Assembly: GCA_051362555.1 (NCBI GenBank)
Contig: CM120641.1
Span: 28,278,401-28,342,400, forward strand
Reading direction: 5' to 3'
DNA: 64,000 nucleotides
Source: Lingula anatina
Lineage: Eukaryota; Animalia; Brachiopoda
Shown: positions 53,701-64,000 of the stretch, piece by piece
Layout: each line of letters begins with the position of its first letter
Position numbering within the stretch: the stretch's first letter is position 1
The notes under the pieces: generated by a model
The model's database searches: none
What the model was told of the DNA's origin: nothing
Seen by the model: only the letters and a program-made list of their open reading frames with translations
Program-made: the position numbers and the translations under genes

Positions 53701-55956
53701 TATTCACATGAGATTCACATGAAAGTTTTTATTATTATTATTATTATTATTATTTTTTTTTTTTTTGAAAAAAGAACATATTTTTATCTAGGTGTACCTT
53801 TCAAAGTAAAATATTTCATATTAATTGTCAAGTCTGTATTATCCTTTTTTTTTTTGCCAATGCCCCCCCCAACCAAAAAAAAAAGAAATGGCTATAAATT
53901 TTTTAATGTTTGAAAAATTAGGGGCTACCATAATTTACTTGAAATATACACTAGGGAAAAAATAAACTAAAAAAATAATCATTCAATGCTCCTGGCAAAT
54001 AAAAAGAATGGATGTTAATTTCCCAGCCTGTTTGTTTTTCTTGTCTAAGTTTATTGCAAAATGAATTGTTTCAGCATTAACGCTGTTGGTGCTGGGAGTG
54101 ATTTCACAGGTTTTCTGCAGTTAGTAGGTGTCTCTTCCATGGACACTAGGTACACCTATAACACTGTAAGTTTATTGCTTTGAAAATGTAATGATGATGC
54201 CCAATGAACTTTCTTTAACATTTATTATCATTCATATAATGGAAAGTTGATTTGCTTGGTTAAGTAATGGTTGCAAAATTTCCTTTTTAATAAATTTTTT
54301 CTTCAACTATTTTATTTTTTTTAAATTTAAAAACTTGATTCTTTCTATTCAAATAACAAATACACATAGTACAATTTATATTAGTTATATTAATAATAAT
54401 AATCTGATTATTATAGAAATATCATTATATATATGTATTCTTTCAGAATGAATGGAAAGTGTCTTCATATCCATTATACCATTCTGTTTATGAAACTTTC
54501 CATTTGATGAGCAAGCTTATAGACAGAGGGTTTCAGGTATGTAATCTGTTATTTAATGCATGTAATTACTAAAACAAAAAGAGCCTTAACCAGGGCCGGA
54601 TTGAGACCGTCTTCTGGGTCTTCCAGAAGATGGTCAGGTTACAAAATTTACATTGACAATATCTATTTTTTCTTCTGTTGGAAGACTGTCAAAAATGGAG
54701 GATGGGTCAACAAAGATAATTTGGAAGACTGTCAGAAAATATCTTGGGATCCGCCCCTGTTAACTGTGAAATTTATCGTTGGAATGGGGCAGAATATCAC
54801 ATATATGTAGCATCATTAGATATTTTATTGCAGAAGTTTTATTTTTTTCAGTACCATCTTGCTGTCTCTAGACTGTGGGGAGAAATAGCCAGATCACTGG
54901 CTGATTCTTTGATTATTCCACTAAATGTTGAAGATTATGCAGAGACAATTGTGCAGCTAAAAGAAAGCCTTGATGCAGGGTATGGACAGCTGATGAGGGA
55001 CAATGGCTTAGGGGAGGGTTTATGTGAGTTTCTATCTTTATATATTATCATCAGTAGTAGCAGTGTTTTCTTGGGTATTTTTTATTTTGTTATTTCATTT
55101 TGTTTGTTTTTATTTTTGTGCGTTGAGAATGTTGAATTTTGTTACACTTCTTTCGCAGCATATCTGGAAGATGCAGTGAGAAATTTCACAGATGTAGCCA
55201 AAGATTTCCAAAAGCGACTTTCAAAATTGGACAAAACAAGGTGAGAATAAGAAGTCAAAAATGATTATTTTATTTATTATTCTTGCATTAAAATTATTTT
55301 TCATTGTTTTTCTTATTGATGCATTTTAATTTTTGCTGACAGTGTTTCAGATTCCCATTACATAACTGTTACAAAGGATTGTAGTATGATAATAATGGCA
55401 TAATATACAAATCAAATATACAAATCATGTACCAAGGTTATAACAAAAAGTTTTCAACAACCTTTCAGTCCCTTGGCAGTACGAGCAATGAATGATCAAC
55501 TGATGTATTTGGAAAGAGGTTTTATTGACTCAGCAGGACTGCCTGGCAGAAAATATTTCAAGTAAGTCAAGCCCTTTTACTCCAGAAACAGTTACCTGTG
55601 ATGTTGCTTGAAATAGATTTATCAATATTTTGAAGTTATTTTCCATTATTTCAAGTGAAAAAAAAAGAAAAAAAGTTTTTTTTTTTAGTTTTCTCAATTA
55701 TTAATCCATTTTGGAAGTTAATTCAGGTTACTTTCTCTTGATTTTCACTTACAGGCATATTCTCTTTGCTCCAAGTAGCCATAACTCCTATGCTGGAGAA
55801 GCCTTTCCAGGTCTGGTCGATGCTATGTTTGAAATTGAAAAGACATCTTCAACAGAGAAAACAGAAAGATGGGAAGAAGTGAAAAAGCATCTTTCTGTGG
55901 TAACATTTACCATCATGTCAGCTACATCTACATTAGTAGACCACATCCAGTTTTAA
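40485..55956 (+). CDS. Peptidase M28B, glutamate carboxypeptidase II / NAALADase family (FOLH1/NAALAD2/NAALADL1-like) type II membrane protein, complete, 18 exons, about 745 aa
   Basis: Exons: 40485-40678, 41301-41592, 42003-42128, 43827-44010, 44522-44618, 45330-45419, 46256-46341, 46604-46723, 49127-49209, 49400-49463, 49707-49774, 49953-50056, 54075-54165, 54447-54536, 54852-55023, 55159-55240, 55469-55561, 55755-55956; total 2238 nt in frame. N-terminal TM helix, [29 protein letters not shown], Zn/catalytic motifs [38 protein letters not shown], and TfR-like dimerisation region [18 protein letters not shown]. Confidence 0.95.
42241..42409. mobile_element. CAGG-terminal MITE
   Basis: caggcccgtagccag...ctggctatgggcctg TIRs. 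Confidence 0.65.
43385..43731 (-). mobile_element. Inverted copy of the TTAA MITE
   Basis: Reverse complement of the body of 14356-14691 (taataatctcttaagagattatta, attcaaagttagtccc). Confidence 0.7.
46744..48897 (+). mobile_element. HINE family A, second copy, with about 146-bp array (47521-48500), in M28B intron 8
   Basis: Same subTIRs, ccggctccg microsatellite, conserved 5' module and 3' palindrome gaggcggtatcgcctc...ctagtt as 9882-12218. Confidence 0.85.
50257..52306. mobile_element. About 2-kb TTAA-flanked non-autonomous DNA transposon (Kolobok/piggyBac-like) in M28B intron 12
   Basis: ttaa|ggagggaatgta ... tacatccgctcc|ttaa imperfect TIRs; interior richer in CpG than its surroundings. 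Confidence 0.55.
52440..53480 (-). pseudogene. Highly degenerate Tc1-like transposase relic
   Basis: Minus-strand reading [17 protein letters not shown] around 52660-52712; boundaries approximate. Confidence 0.6.
54591..54759. mobile_element. CAGGG MITE with 5-bp TSD
   Basis: ttaac|cagggccggat...atccgcccctg|ttaac. Confidence 0.75.
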
Positions 55957-56501
55957 TCTCTATTAAATGCTACAGCTTTCTTCTTGCTGTCCAAGCTCAA
56001 GTGATTAGAAACAGTCATGTATATCATATGTCAAAGGATAGAACATTTTTAAGCAGTAAATACAACATAGGTCATACAAAATTGATTAGATGGTAACGAG
56101 CAAGGTCTCTCTGTAAACATTGTCAGTAAGCATTTATAGGGGAGGAAATTTAATATCAAATTCAGAGTTTTAAAGTATATAAGCAACAGCATATTGTTTT
56201 TGTGGTCAGTTGTTATATTCACCAACTTACCAAACCAATACCCAGTGCAATTTTCCATCAAAAAAGAGTGAAAAAAAGTGCAAGAAAAAAAATCTGATTT
56301 TCTCAAAATTAAGTGGTTGATTAAATGTATACTGTATGCATATGAAAATTCAAAGTCATATTTTCTATGGGTGCAGTCACAATGAAATCATTGTAATAGG
56401 TAGTTCGATCCAACTTCATGGGGACTCTCCTTGAATGCAATCAAATTAACAGATTAATACTCCTCCCCTTGTTTCCAATCACCTGTTTTTCTGCACTCTA
56501 A

Positions 56502-56715
56502 GGGTGCATTCCCATAGATTTTAGATCGATCTATCCCCGTGGGGAATCTCACTAGATTACTGTCAGATAATCCGGCTTAAATGTCCGCCCCACCTACTAC
56601 AAGCTGTAAGAGGGTAATTAACTTTCATGCCCACTCGGCTGACATCTATTTAGCGTGAACCTCCAGGGAGTTAGGTCGATCTAGCTGGATCGATCTAATC
56701 TCTGGGAATAGGGTC
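56502..56715. mobile_element. 215-bp Harbinger-like MITE
   Basis: taa|gggtgcattcccatagat...atctctgggaatagggtc|taa. Confidence 0.75.
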
Positions 56716-56929
56716 TAAATGACTGAATAAAATATCAAATCCAAGTGCAGGGATGGGGGATAAACAATGCTTTTTAAATAGGAAAAAATTGGTTTTCCAC
56801 TGATGAAAATTCATTTCAGCTGATTGATTGTGTATAGTTTGTATGTTTGTAATTTTTATTTAGCTGAACTTCTGTGAATTAAATACTGAACATCTGATGT
56901 ATACTTTCTTATTTGCTTAACATTTTGTG

Positions 56930-57750
56930 TTATGTAAAAAAGGTGTTGAAAATGGAAATAAACCCATTTCAGTATAGTTATCTTTTGTTTACATTTTGGC
57001 ATTTTCAAGGTTTGACTCTGAACTTCCATGTACTTGAAGACTTTTGCTAGTCACATTTTCTGAATATCCATGATACTTTTATTTTATTATTAAAAATTGA
57101 TGGTCATTATACTGTTAAGCATTATGTAATATTGCATCAAAATTGAAGTAAACCCTGTTTTGGGCACTGCTGCCATAGTGACCATTAAAGCAAAACCATG
57201 CCACTTACTCTTCTCACACTTGCAGGAAAGAAACATGGGACTTAAATACAGCTTCAGTTGGAAAATCTGTCTTATTGATTAATTTTTCTGGAAGTTATAC
57301 ATCTTTTTGTGAAAATTAAATTTTTCACATATCGCCATTTTCAAGGTGGGACTTTAACGTCCATGGGCTTTGAAAACCTTTGCTAGTTTGAAGAAACACC
57401 AATTTGGGCACTGCCTCCATAGTGACCATGAAAAAAAAATCATGTCACTTACTCTTCTTGACATACAGCTCAAACAAGAAAACCAGTTATATTGGATTAA
57501 TGCAATTTTTTTGTGAAATTTTCATTTTTCTATATCTGGCATTTTTTAAGTGTGTACTTTAACTCTTATGGGCCTGAAACCTTATGCTTTTACTTTCATT
57601 GGTATTTACCTGTTGTGCATAATTAAAATTTGAAGTTGACTTTGCAGTTAAGTATAATGTATTATTGCATCAGAATTGACAGTATCCTATTTTGTGCATT
57701 ATTACATTCTGCTTTTCGTCTGTACATTTGACAGCTTTGCTGCCTTGTTT
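56930..57750 (+). mobile_element. 3' portion of HINE family B
   Basis: Homologous to 23630-24460; ends gtctgtacatttgacagctttgctgccttgtt. Confidence 0.75.
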
Positions 57751-57769
57751 ATTATTATTGATTATTGAT

Positions 57770-57917
57770 CCAGATCAACACCAAAAGCTAATTATCTGTT
57801 TCTTGCCCCATTTCTGACAGTTCCTGACAATTTCATCAAAATCGGTCTATAACTTTTTGAGTTATGTTGATGACAGACAGACAAACAAACAAACAAACAA
57901 ACAGGGGTGAAAACATA
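57770..57917 (-). mobile_element. DINE-1/HINE-like short element with (CAGA)/(CAAA)n microsatellite
   Basis: aatttcatcaaaatcggt..aactttttgagttatgttg..gacagacagacaaacaaac..gtgaaaacataacctcc; reverse relative of 27249-27380. Confidence 0.6.
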
Positions 57918-59361
57918 ACCTCCCTAGCGGCGTAATAAACGTATAACGCTTGCCATTACCCAATAGCGTAGACTTTAATTTCGAGAAAAATATTTTACAA
58001 ATTCTGCCAAAAAGATAAAGACGGGTCACCTCTGCGTCAACATGTTTTAATAAAGGCTAAAAGAATATATATATATTTGCAAAAAGTATATATATATTAT
58101 GCCCATTTATTATTATCAGACATGTATTTTTCTTTATGTTTTTATGGCACTCTTAATCGTTCCTTGAATTTTAAAGAGCGTCGAACTTGGGGAAATTGTA
58201 CGACGCCGTGCAAATATCCCATGGTTATCTTATCTTTAAAACAATTTTGACAATTTAGTGCACGTGTCGCAGGACAATCTTGTGTTGCCGCACGATCACC
58301 GTAAGTCCACCGAACAATGCTACTACTATCTCCCTTAGATCTTCTGGCTGTTACAACATTGAATAAATTCGTAATAGCTAGAATTAACCTCTGGTAGAGA
58401 GGGCAATGACGTAAGGGGGTTGTTGAATGGTATCTACGACATTGCTTACATTCTTACGGGTTTACGATTTAAAAAGCTCCGTCAAATATTTCAGCTTGAC
58501 AAATTGTAGAGGCTACGGAGACCGTTAATACTGCCTCCACACGAACGCCGCACGAAAAGGAACACAAGGGCAATTTGCGGGTACCGCATAGACATCGCAT
58601 GGCAATATTTTTATTAATAAAAAAATATGTTTAGTAAAAACAAAGTGTGTGTTGTTCGGGAACTTCATACAGTTTTCAAAAGTCTGCGGTGCCACTGTTT
58701 ATACACATCTACTTTTTCACTTTTCTCAAAAGTTGATGACCCTCCTCCCTCCCTAAAGTTGCTGCTCCCTTTCTAGAAAACCCTGTCTTTTGCGACACCC
58801 AAAACCAAGGAAGATTTATCCATTCCATTTTATTTTATAATCTTAAGAATCTTAAGAATCTATATTTTATAGAATTTTTGATACATCTCATTTTACATTA
58901 TTCGACCGAAGTGCAGTAAGCAAAAATTTACCGGTCACCAAGCAAAGCAAAGAAGCATGGACCTAACCATGGAAGAAGTATTAAATATTTTTGACATAAC
59001 TACCTGCATTGTACACGTTTCATTTCGATTTATTTCAATTTACTCTTATAGGCCTACGTCACAATACTTGGGGGACATCATAAATCATTCTTACCATAAT
59101 TTACATCGAACCCAGCCACTTTTAATCCTGTTATTCAGAGTTTTTTTAAGAGAGGCCTTACACCTAGCTATGCACGAAATTAATGTGTTTTAACATATTA
59201 AATATATATTAAAATACATCTACGCTGTACTAGATGTCAAAATCGCTAAAAGGAAGGGGTAACGTACCGTCTACCAAGCCACAGATTGACTTTTCTCTAC
59301 ATACAGATGTCTGTGGTTAAATTGACGGTAATTCGCTGCACGCGCCAGAGAAAAAGTACAA

Positions 59362-59402
59362 ATAATATAATATAATATAATATAATATAATATAATATAA
59401 TA
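59362..59402. repeat. (AATAT)n pentanucleotide repeat
   Basis: Direct reading. Confidence 0.85.
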
Positions 59403-60599
59403 CGCTGCCCTGGAAGAGGGGAGTGGTACCGCATGAATTTTGTGCTATTATATGTCCAGAGAGAGTGCATCGTTGGGCACAGGTCTAATGCATGGTTATG
59501 TATTGCAGCATGCCATGAAATTATTTCCATTATAAATGCGCCAAAGTACATTTTAATTTTGAGTTAGGCTAAAATACAGTCCTATTTTGTCACTTTTCTT
59601 CCAAATTTTGACAAAATGCAAAAAAAAAAAAAAAAAAAAAAAAAATGGGGGGGGGGGTTATCCCTTCAATTTTATGCCTGTTTTTGGAAGAGAATTTAAC
59701 AACTAACGCAAATATACCCTTTACTTATGTCATGAGCCTCTTGTAAAATGTCGACTCAAAAAATGAGTCATGAAAAACTTGACTAAAGATTAAACTCTAC
59801 CCGGTTGTGAGAGAAACAGCAGTGACATGTCGAGCAAACGTGACGTCTTTAGTGAAAATGCACCCCTCAATTAGCGGTTGAGTTATAATATAAAGAACAT
59901 AACAAAAAGGGAAAGCATGCAAAGCAGTAACCTATTAGGTGACAGAAGAGACTATTTTGATCATATATAGCCTACACATGCAGGTACGCGCATACTTGCA
60001 GGTACCCGATACTACATGTAGTATGTCTCTTCTGACAAAACATAAAATGCATTTTGGAGCCAGCTAATCAATTTCAAAGTGCAGAAACAGGTCGAGCATT
60101 TATTCTTGAGTGAGAGAAAATTTATTTATTTCTTGACAAAAATTGCTTTGGCGTGAACATTATGGTTAATATTTATGAAAGTTTTTTAAAGTTGCATAAC
60201 AATGACATATTTTTACGTTTAAAATCACTTTTTCTTTGAAAATTTTATGGCCATTTCACATCTCAAATGAAAAAAAAAAAATGAAGAGGTTCATATTTGG
60301 GAACATTCAATAAACCAGTCGGAAATCATCCTCACAGTGGGGAAGCGCTTAATAATGTCCTTTCCACATTTTTCTTTAGCACACCAGTTTTTGAGCCTGT
60401 CTACATTTGCATAAGACAGTCACGGAGGCTACACGCTCGACCCAGACGGATCTATTTTTGGATTGGTACATTGGGGATGGTGAAAGGGAATAAAAACGTA
60501 GCATAATTATATATTAGGACCAGTCAAACTGGTGCAATACAGAAAAATTTACCACTCGGAGACCACACACACTGAACGAGAAGCTTCACCTCGAAATAG

Positions 60600-60697
60600 T
60601 CCCATCTTGCAGAGCGCCACCATATATCCCGAGATGCAATCTGCGCCACGTCTTCAGCGGCCATCTTAGAACGTGGACAAGCAGTAGACGGATCAAA
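60600..60697 (+). promoter_or_regulatory. KDELR promoter / 5' UTR region
   Basis: Locally GC- and CpG-rich. YY1-like GCGGCCATCTT at 60657-60667, GCCACGTC at 60645-60652 and ACGTGG at 60671-60676, all just upstream of the ATG. Confidence 0.55.
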
Positions 60698-60788
60698 ATG
60701 AACATTTTCAGGCTCGTCGGGGACTTATCCCATTTATTGGCAATATTCGTATTGCTTTTGAAGATATGGAAATCCCGGTCGTGTGCAG
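60698..60788 (+). CDS. KDELR: ER lumen protein-retaining receptor (KDEL receptor/ERD2), first coding exon; exon 2 not found in window
   Basis: caaaATG AAC ATT TTC AGG... translates [30 protein letters not shown](G), the conserved ERD2 N-terminus. Strong donor CAG|gtaagt. Missed by the ORF track. Confidence 0.93.
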
Positions 60789-63700
60789 GTAAGTTTCTGA
60801 AGTAACGAACTGCACAAAGAAACTATGCCACGTCAGCCGGCAAATTAGTGCACGGCAGTGTAGGTGACAGAAGACGAAGTCACTAAGCACCATAATGTCT
60901 TCAGTCAATAACTAAGAAACAAATGCTTTATTTCTGCTGCTCAGACTTAAGAGTGTTGATTTGCAACGGGCATTTTTTACCTTCCCTTTATAAATGACGC
61001 AAGAATGTCTTCATTGGCATAGTGGAATCAACCGAAATGACATTCTGACATAACTATCGGTTTACTCCTTTGGCGGTTCACTACTTAGCCATGTATAGAG
61101 ATGTTTATTTTCCAGTATCATATACGCTGATATTGTTGAGCAGTATGTGTGTTTATTTTGATATGGAAGCCTTGTTGTTTACAACAAGAGGGCAGTGTTG
61201 ATGACGGTGGTAGTTTTTGCCTAGACCAGCAAATATATATTATTGAATAAGTTAAACAAATCATTAACTCATATGTTGTCAAACCCCATGTTATATAATA
61301 ATGCTCTGAAATGGCAGGCTAGTTACCTAGGTAAAACCATTTGTGGCACAGCACAGAGCTCTTTCCCAAAGGAAGCACTTAATTAAGTGAGTGCTCTGAT
61401 GATGTGGCAACTGGAGAGGGTTAGCAGTAGCATTCAGTGAAATAAAAGCCCTCATGTTTTTGAAGAGGGAAATGGTTTTTTGTATACAGTTATATTGGTT
61501 CATAAGAAAAAAAGTATTTTAGTTGTCAAGTACATAGGTTTGTTTGTCAAGACGTAGCACAACAAGACAAAATAAGGTCGCGCGACAAGGTTATTTTCAG
61601 TTGCACCCTGGATTACGCACGCTTGCTCCGCAAGGTGTCGCCTGCGGTGGGGGGGCAACACAGCCCATATGGTTACTGTGGCGAAGGTGACAGGTACTTC
61701 CAAACATTTTTTCATAACTGTCATTTTTCCTCATTCTATTCACGAATTTGATATTTACGGCAATGGAAAATGTGGCACTGGCAAAAGTGAATCTACAATG
61801 TAGGTGCGTTGACAGGCCACACAGGTGTCCCCAATTAACCGCCGCCAGAGAAGAGACCCCAAGCATTAAACAACACAACCTGTAGGTATTGGAAATTTGG
61901 CGAAAGTTAAGCAACTGAGGCTTTATTAGATTTGGACAGAAATCGAGGGGAATGTCCAGTGACATGCCAAACCCCTAAGTTCAAGTCTTGGCCCTTGACA
62001 CCAGTAACGCACCCCTTAGTCAAGAATCTGAACAAATCAATGTTGGGCAGGTATGCTCTATTTTCTACAAGCGTTTGGTGATTTTATCAACTTGATTGTC
62101 AAGTGCCAGACCTTTTGTTCCCAGGTACCAGTAGCAAACTTTATCAGATAACAATCTGACACTAACCATCCTGCACTAACAGCGCTGTAAACCCAGTTAT
62201 CAATGGTGTCATCTTTACCTGTATCTTTACCGGTATTATGCCAGTGGTACGTTTGATACATTTGAGTAAGGAAATATGCTTAATGCTTATATTCATTTAT
62301 AATACATGTACGTTAGCATCAACCTGTTAATAAAAACTTGGAAACTTTCAATGTTATTACACAATAACAGTATAATGATGGGAAATGTTATGATTAAATG
62401 CTTAGAAGAATAATAAAAACAGATTATGTGAAATACAAAATGAATTGATTTTATTTGGGTTATTTATTTCAAACCAATTAATTATCAAACATGAAGCTTA
62501 TAAAAACACTCGCAGATATATGAAATATAACCCTGCTGGTACACAGATCTACAGTTCTAAAATGCAAATACCAAGTACATGTTCCTTTCACACACCACTG
62601 ATGAGATGTGAATAATCATATGCATAAAGCAGTAATATATCACAAGAAATGTGTACTAAGCAAGATATTTCTACAAGTAACCTCATTAATCAGTCAGGCA
62701 ACCTCATAATGCACCCAATAAATGTAGAAATTTGAGCTAGAGAAATTCTACATACAGGCATGACAGATTTACCATATATTGCCACCAACCCTTAACTGAA
62801 TGGGCATAGAAAGAACAAAGTGAGTCTCCCTCCCATTAAAAATAAGAAATAAAAATAAATAAATAAAAAACAGATACTGTCATTCTTAATACTGAAAAAC
62901 AATGGCACCTTGCAGCCTTCACTGCCTCACTTTTTGCAGACAATGTTCTAGTCACTGTAACTGTGTACTTTTGATGAGGCATAGATGCAAGAATAACTCC
63001 TTTGAAGTATATTGTGAAGGTCTCTTTTGTCATAAATCTGCCACGTATAACCTGAATGTACATATTGCGATTCACACCGCAGCAGCTTGTCTTAGTAAGG
63101 ACTCAACCAGTTGAAAACCTGAGGCACAGCTTCAGGGACAAGATCACACAATCTACTTTAGTATCCTTGCTGTGATGATGGATCTACTAGTACATTATCT
63201 ACAGTATGTCTTGTCCTTCTGATTTCTCTAATACCATTTCCCCTGATCTATGCTCACATCAATCTCTACAGCTTTACCAACTGCTACACAGTTTTTACAT
63301 CTGAAAGTATAAAGCAAAAATTGTAATAAAGCACTATCAATTTACTTGTTAGATATTGATTTGAGGGCAAGAGAAAAAGGCAGAAACCTCATATCATAAT
63401 CAAGATAATTGAAAATCAAATAATGCATAATCAAATAGCTTTAATTGTATACACTACTGATGATTTAATCTTTAAACTTCAGCATAAATTTATCTTGTTA
63501 AAGCATAGCCACTTTATCAAAATGTGCTTGAACAAATAATAATAATAATGATAATAATAATAAACAACCTGCACACAAGATGGAACATGGAGGTCAACTG
63601 CCATAAAATAAGTTGATTTGTACTTGGTAGCCTGAGAAATAGTATCAGGTATTAATTTGAACAGTAAATTGAGTAATAATACCACAATGACACACGCATA

Positions 63701-64000
63701 CGGTGTTATGTAACAAAATTCATGCATTACTTGCTGTGGCAGTGTCCTCCTCAACCTATCGTGCACCGCAGGTTTTGATTTTCAATGTCATCAAAAAATT
63801 TTATTGTTGTTAGTTTGATCTATGTATCTGCTATTCAAATAATATTGTTTGGAAAATAACTAACTGATTTAATTTTGCTTTTGCAACATGAAATAATCAT
63901 TAACTTTGCCGGTTCACGTGTATACAGTACCTTGCTATCAGTGCTGCTCTTTTCTCCCCAACTCGCCACTGACAGGCTAACCACATCGTTTCAAAACAAC

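Noticed and set aside
60551-60664. Minus-strand ORF/exon [16 protein letters not shown]... divergent from KDELR
   Set aside because: The ATG is part of the YY1-like promoter motif, and splicing to the next acceptor gives an early stop. At most a divergent non-coding transcript.

Overview
AT-rich, intron-containing animal genomic DNA. The repeat families look lophotrochozoan/mollusc-like, but the species cannot be determined from the sequence. Four protein-coding genes were reconstructed by reading splice sites by hand: (1) the 3' part of a large PTB-domain docking protein with a DOK7-type PTB and a long tyrosine-motif tail (+, 1684-19082); (2) a complete 18-exon COG2 (-, 33034-25126, about 733 aa); (3) a complete 18-exon M28B peptidase of the GCPII/NAALADase family with NAALADL1-like specificity residues (+, 40485-55956, about 745 aa); (4) exon 1 of a KDEL receptor (+, 60698-60788). 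Introns and intergenic DNA are full of non-autonomous DNA transposons: two Helentron/HINE-like families carrying 146-bp and 161-bp tandem arrays, TTAA-, TWA- and 5-bp-TSD MITEs, Tc1 relics and a 10-bp-TSD TIR element. The most unusual observation is a 115-bp hairpin (38056-38170) inserted into a transposon TIR. Its central 23 nt are identical to coding exon 2 of the peptidase gene 3.2 kb downstream.
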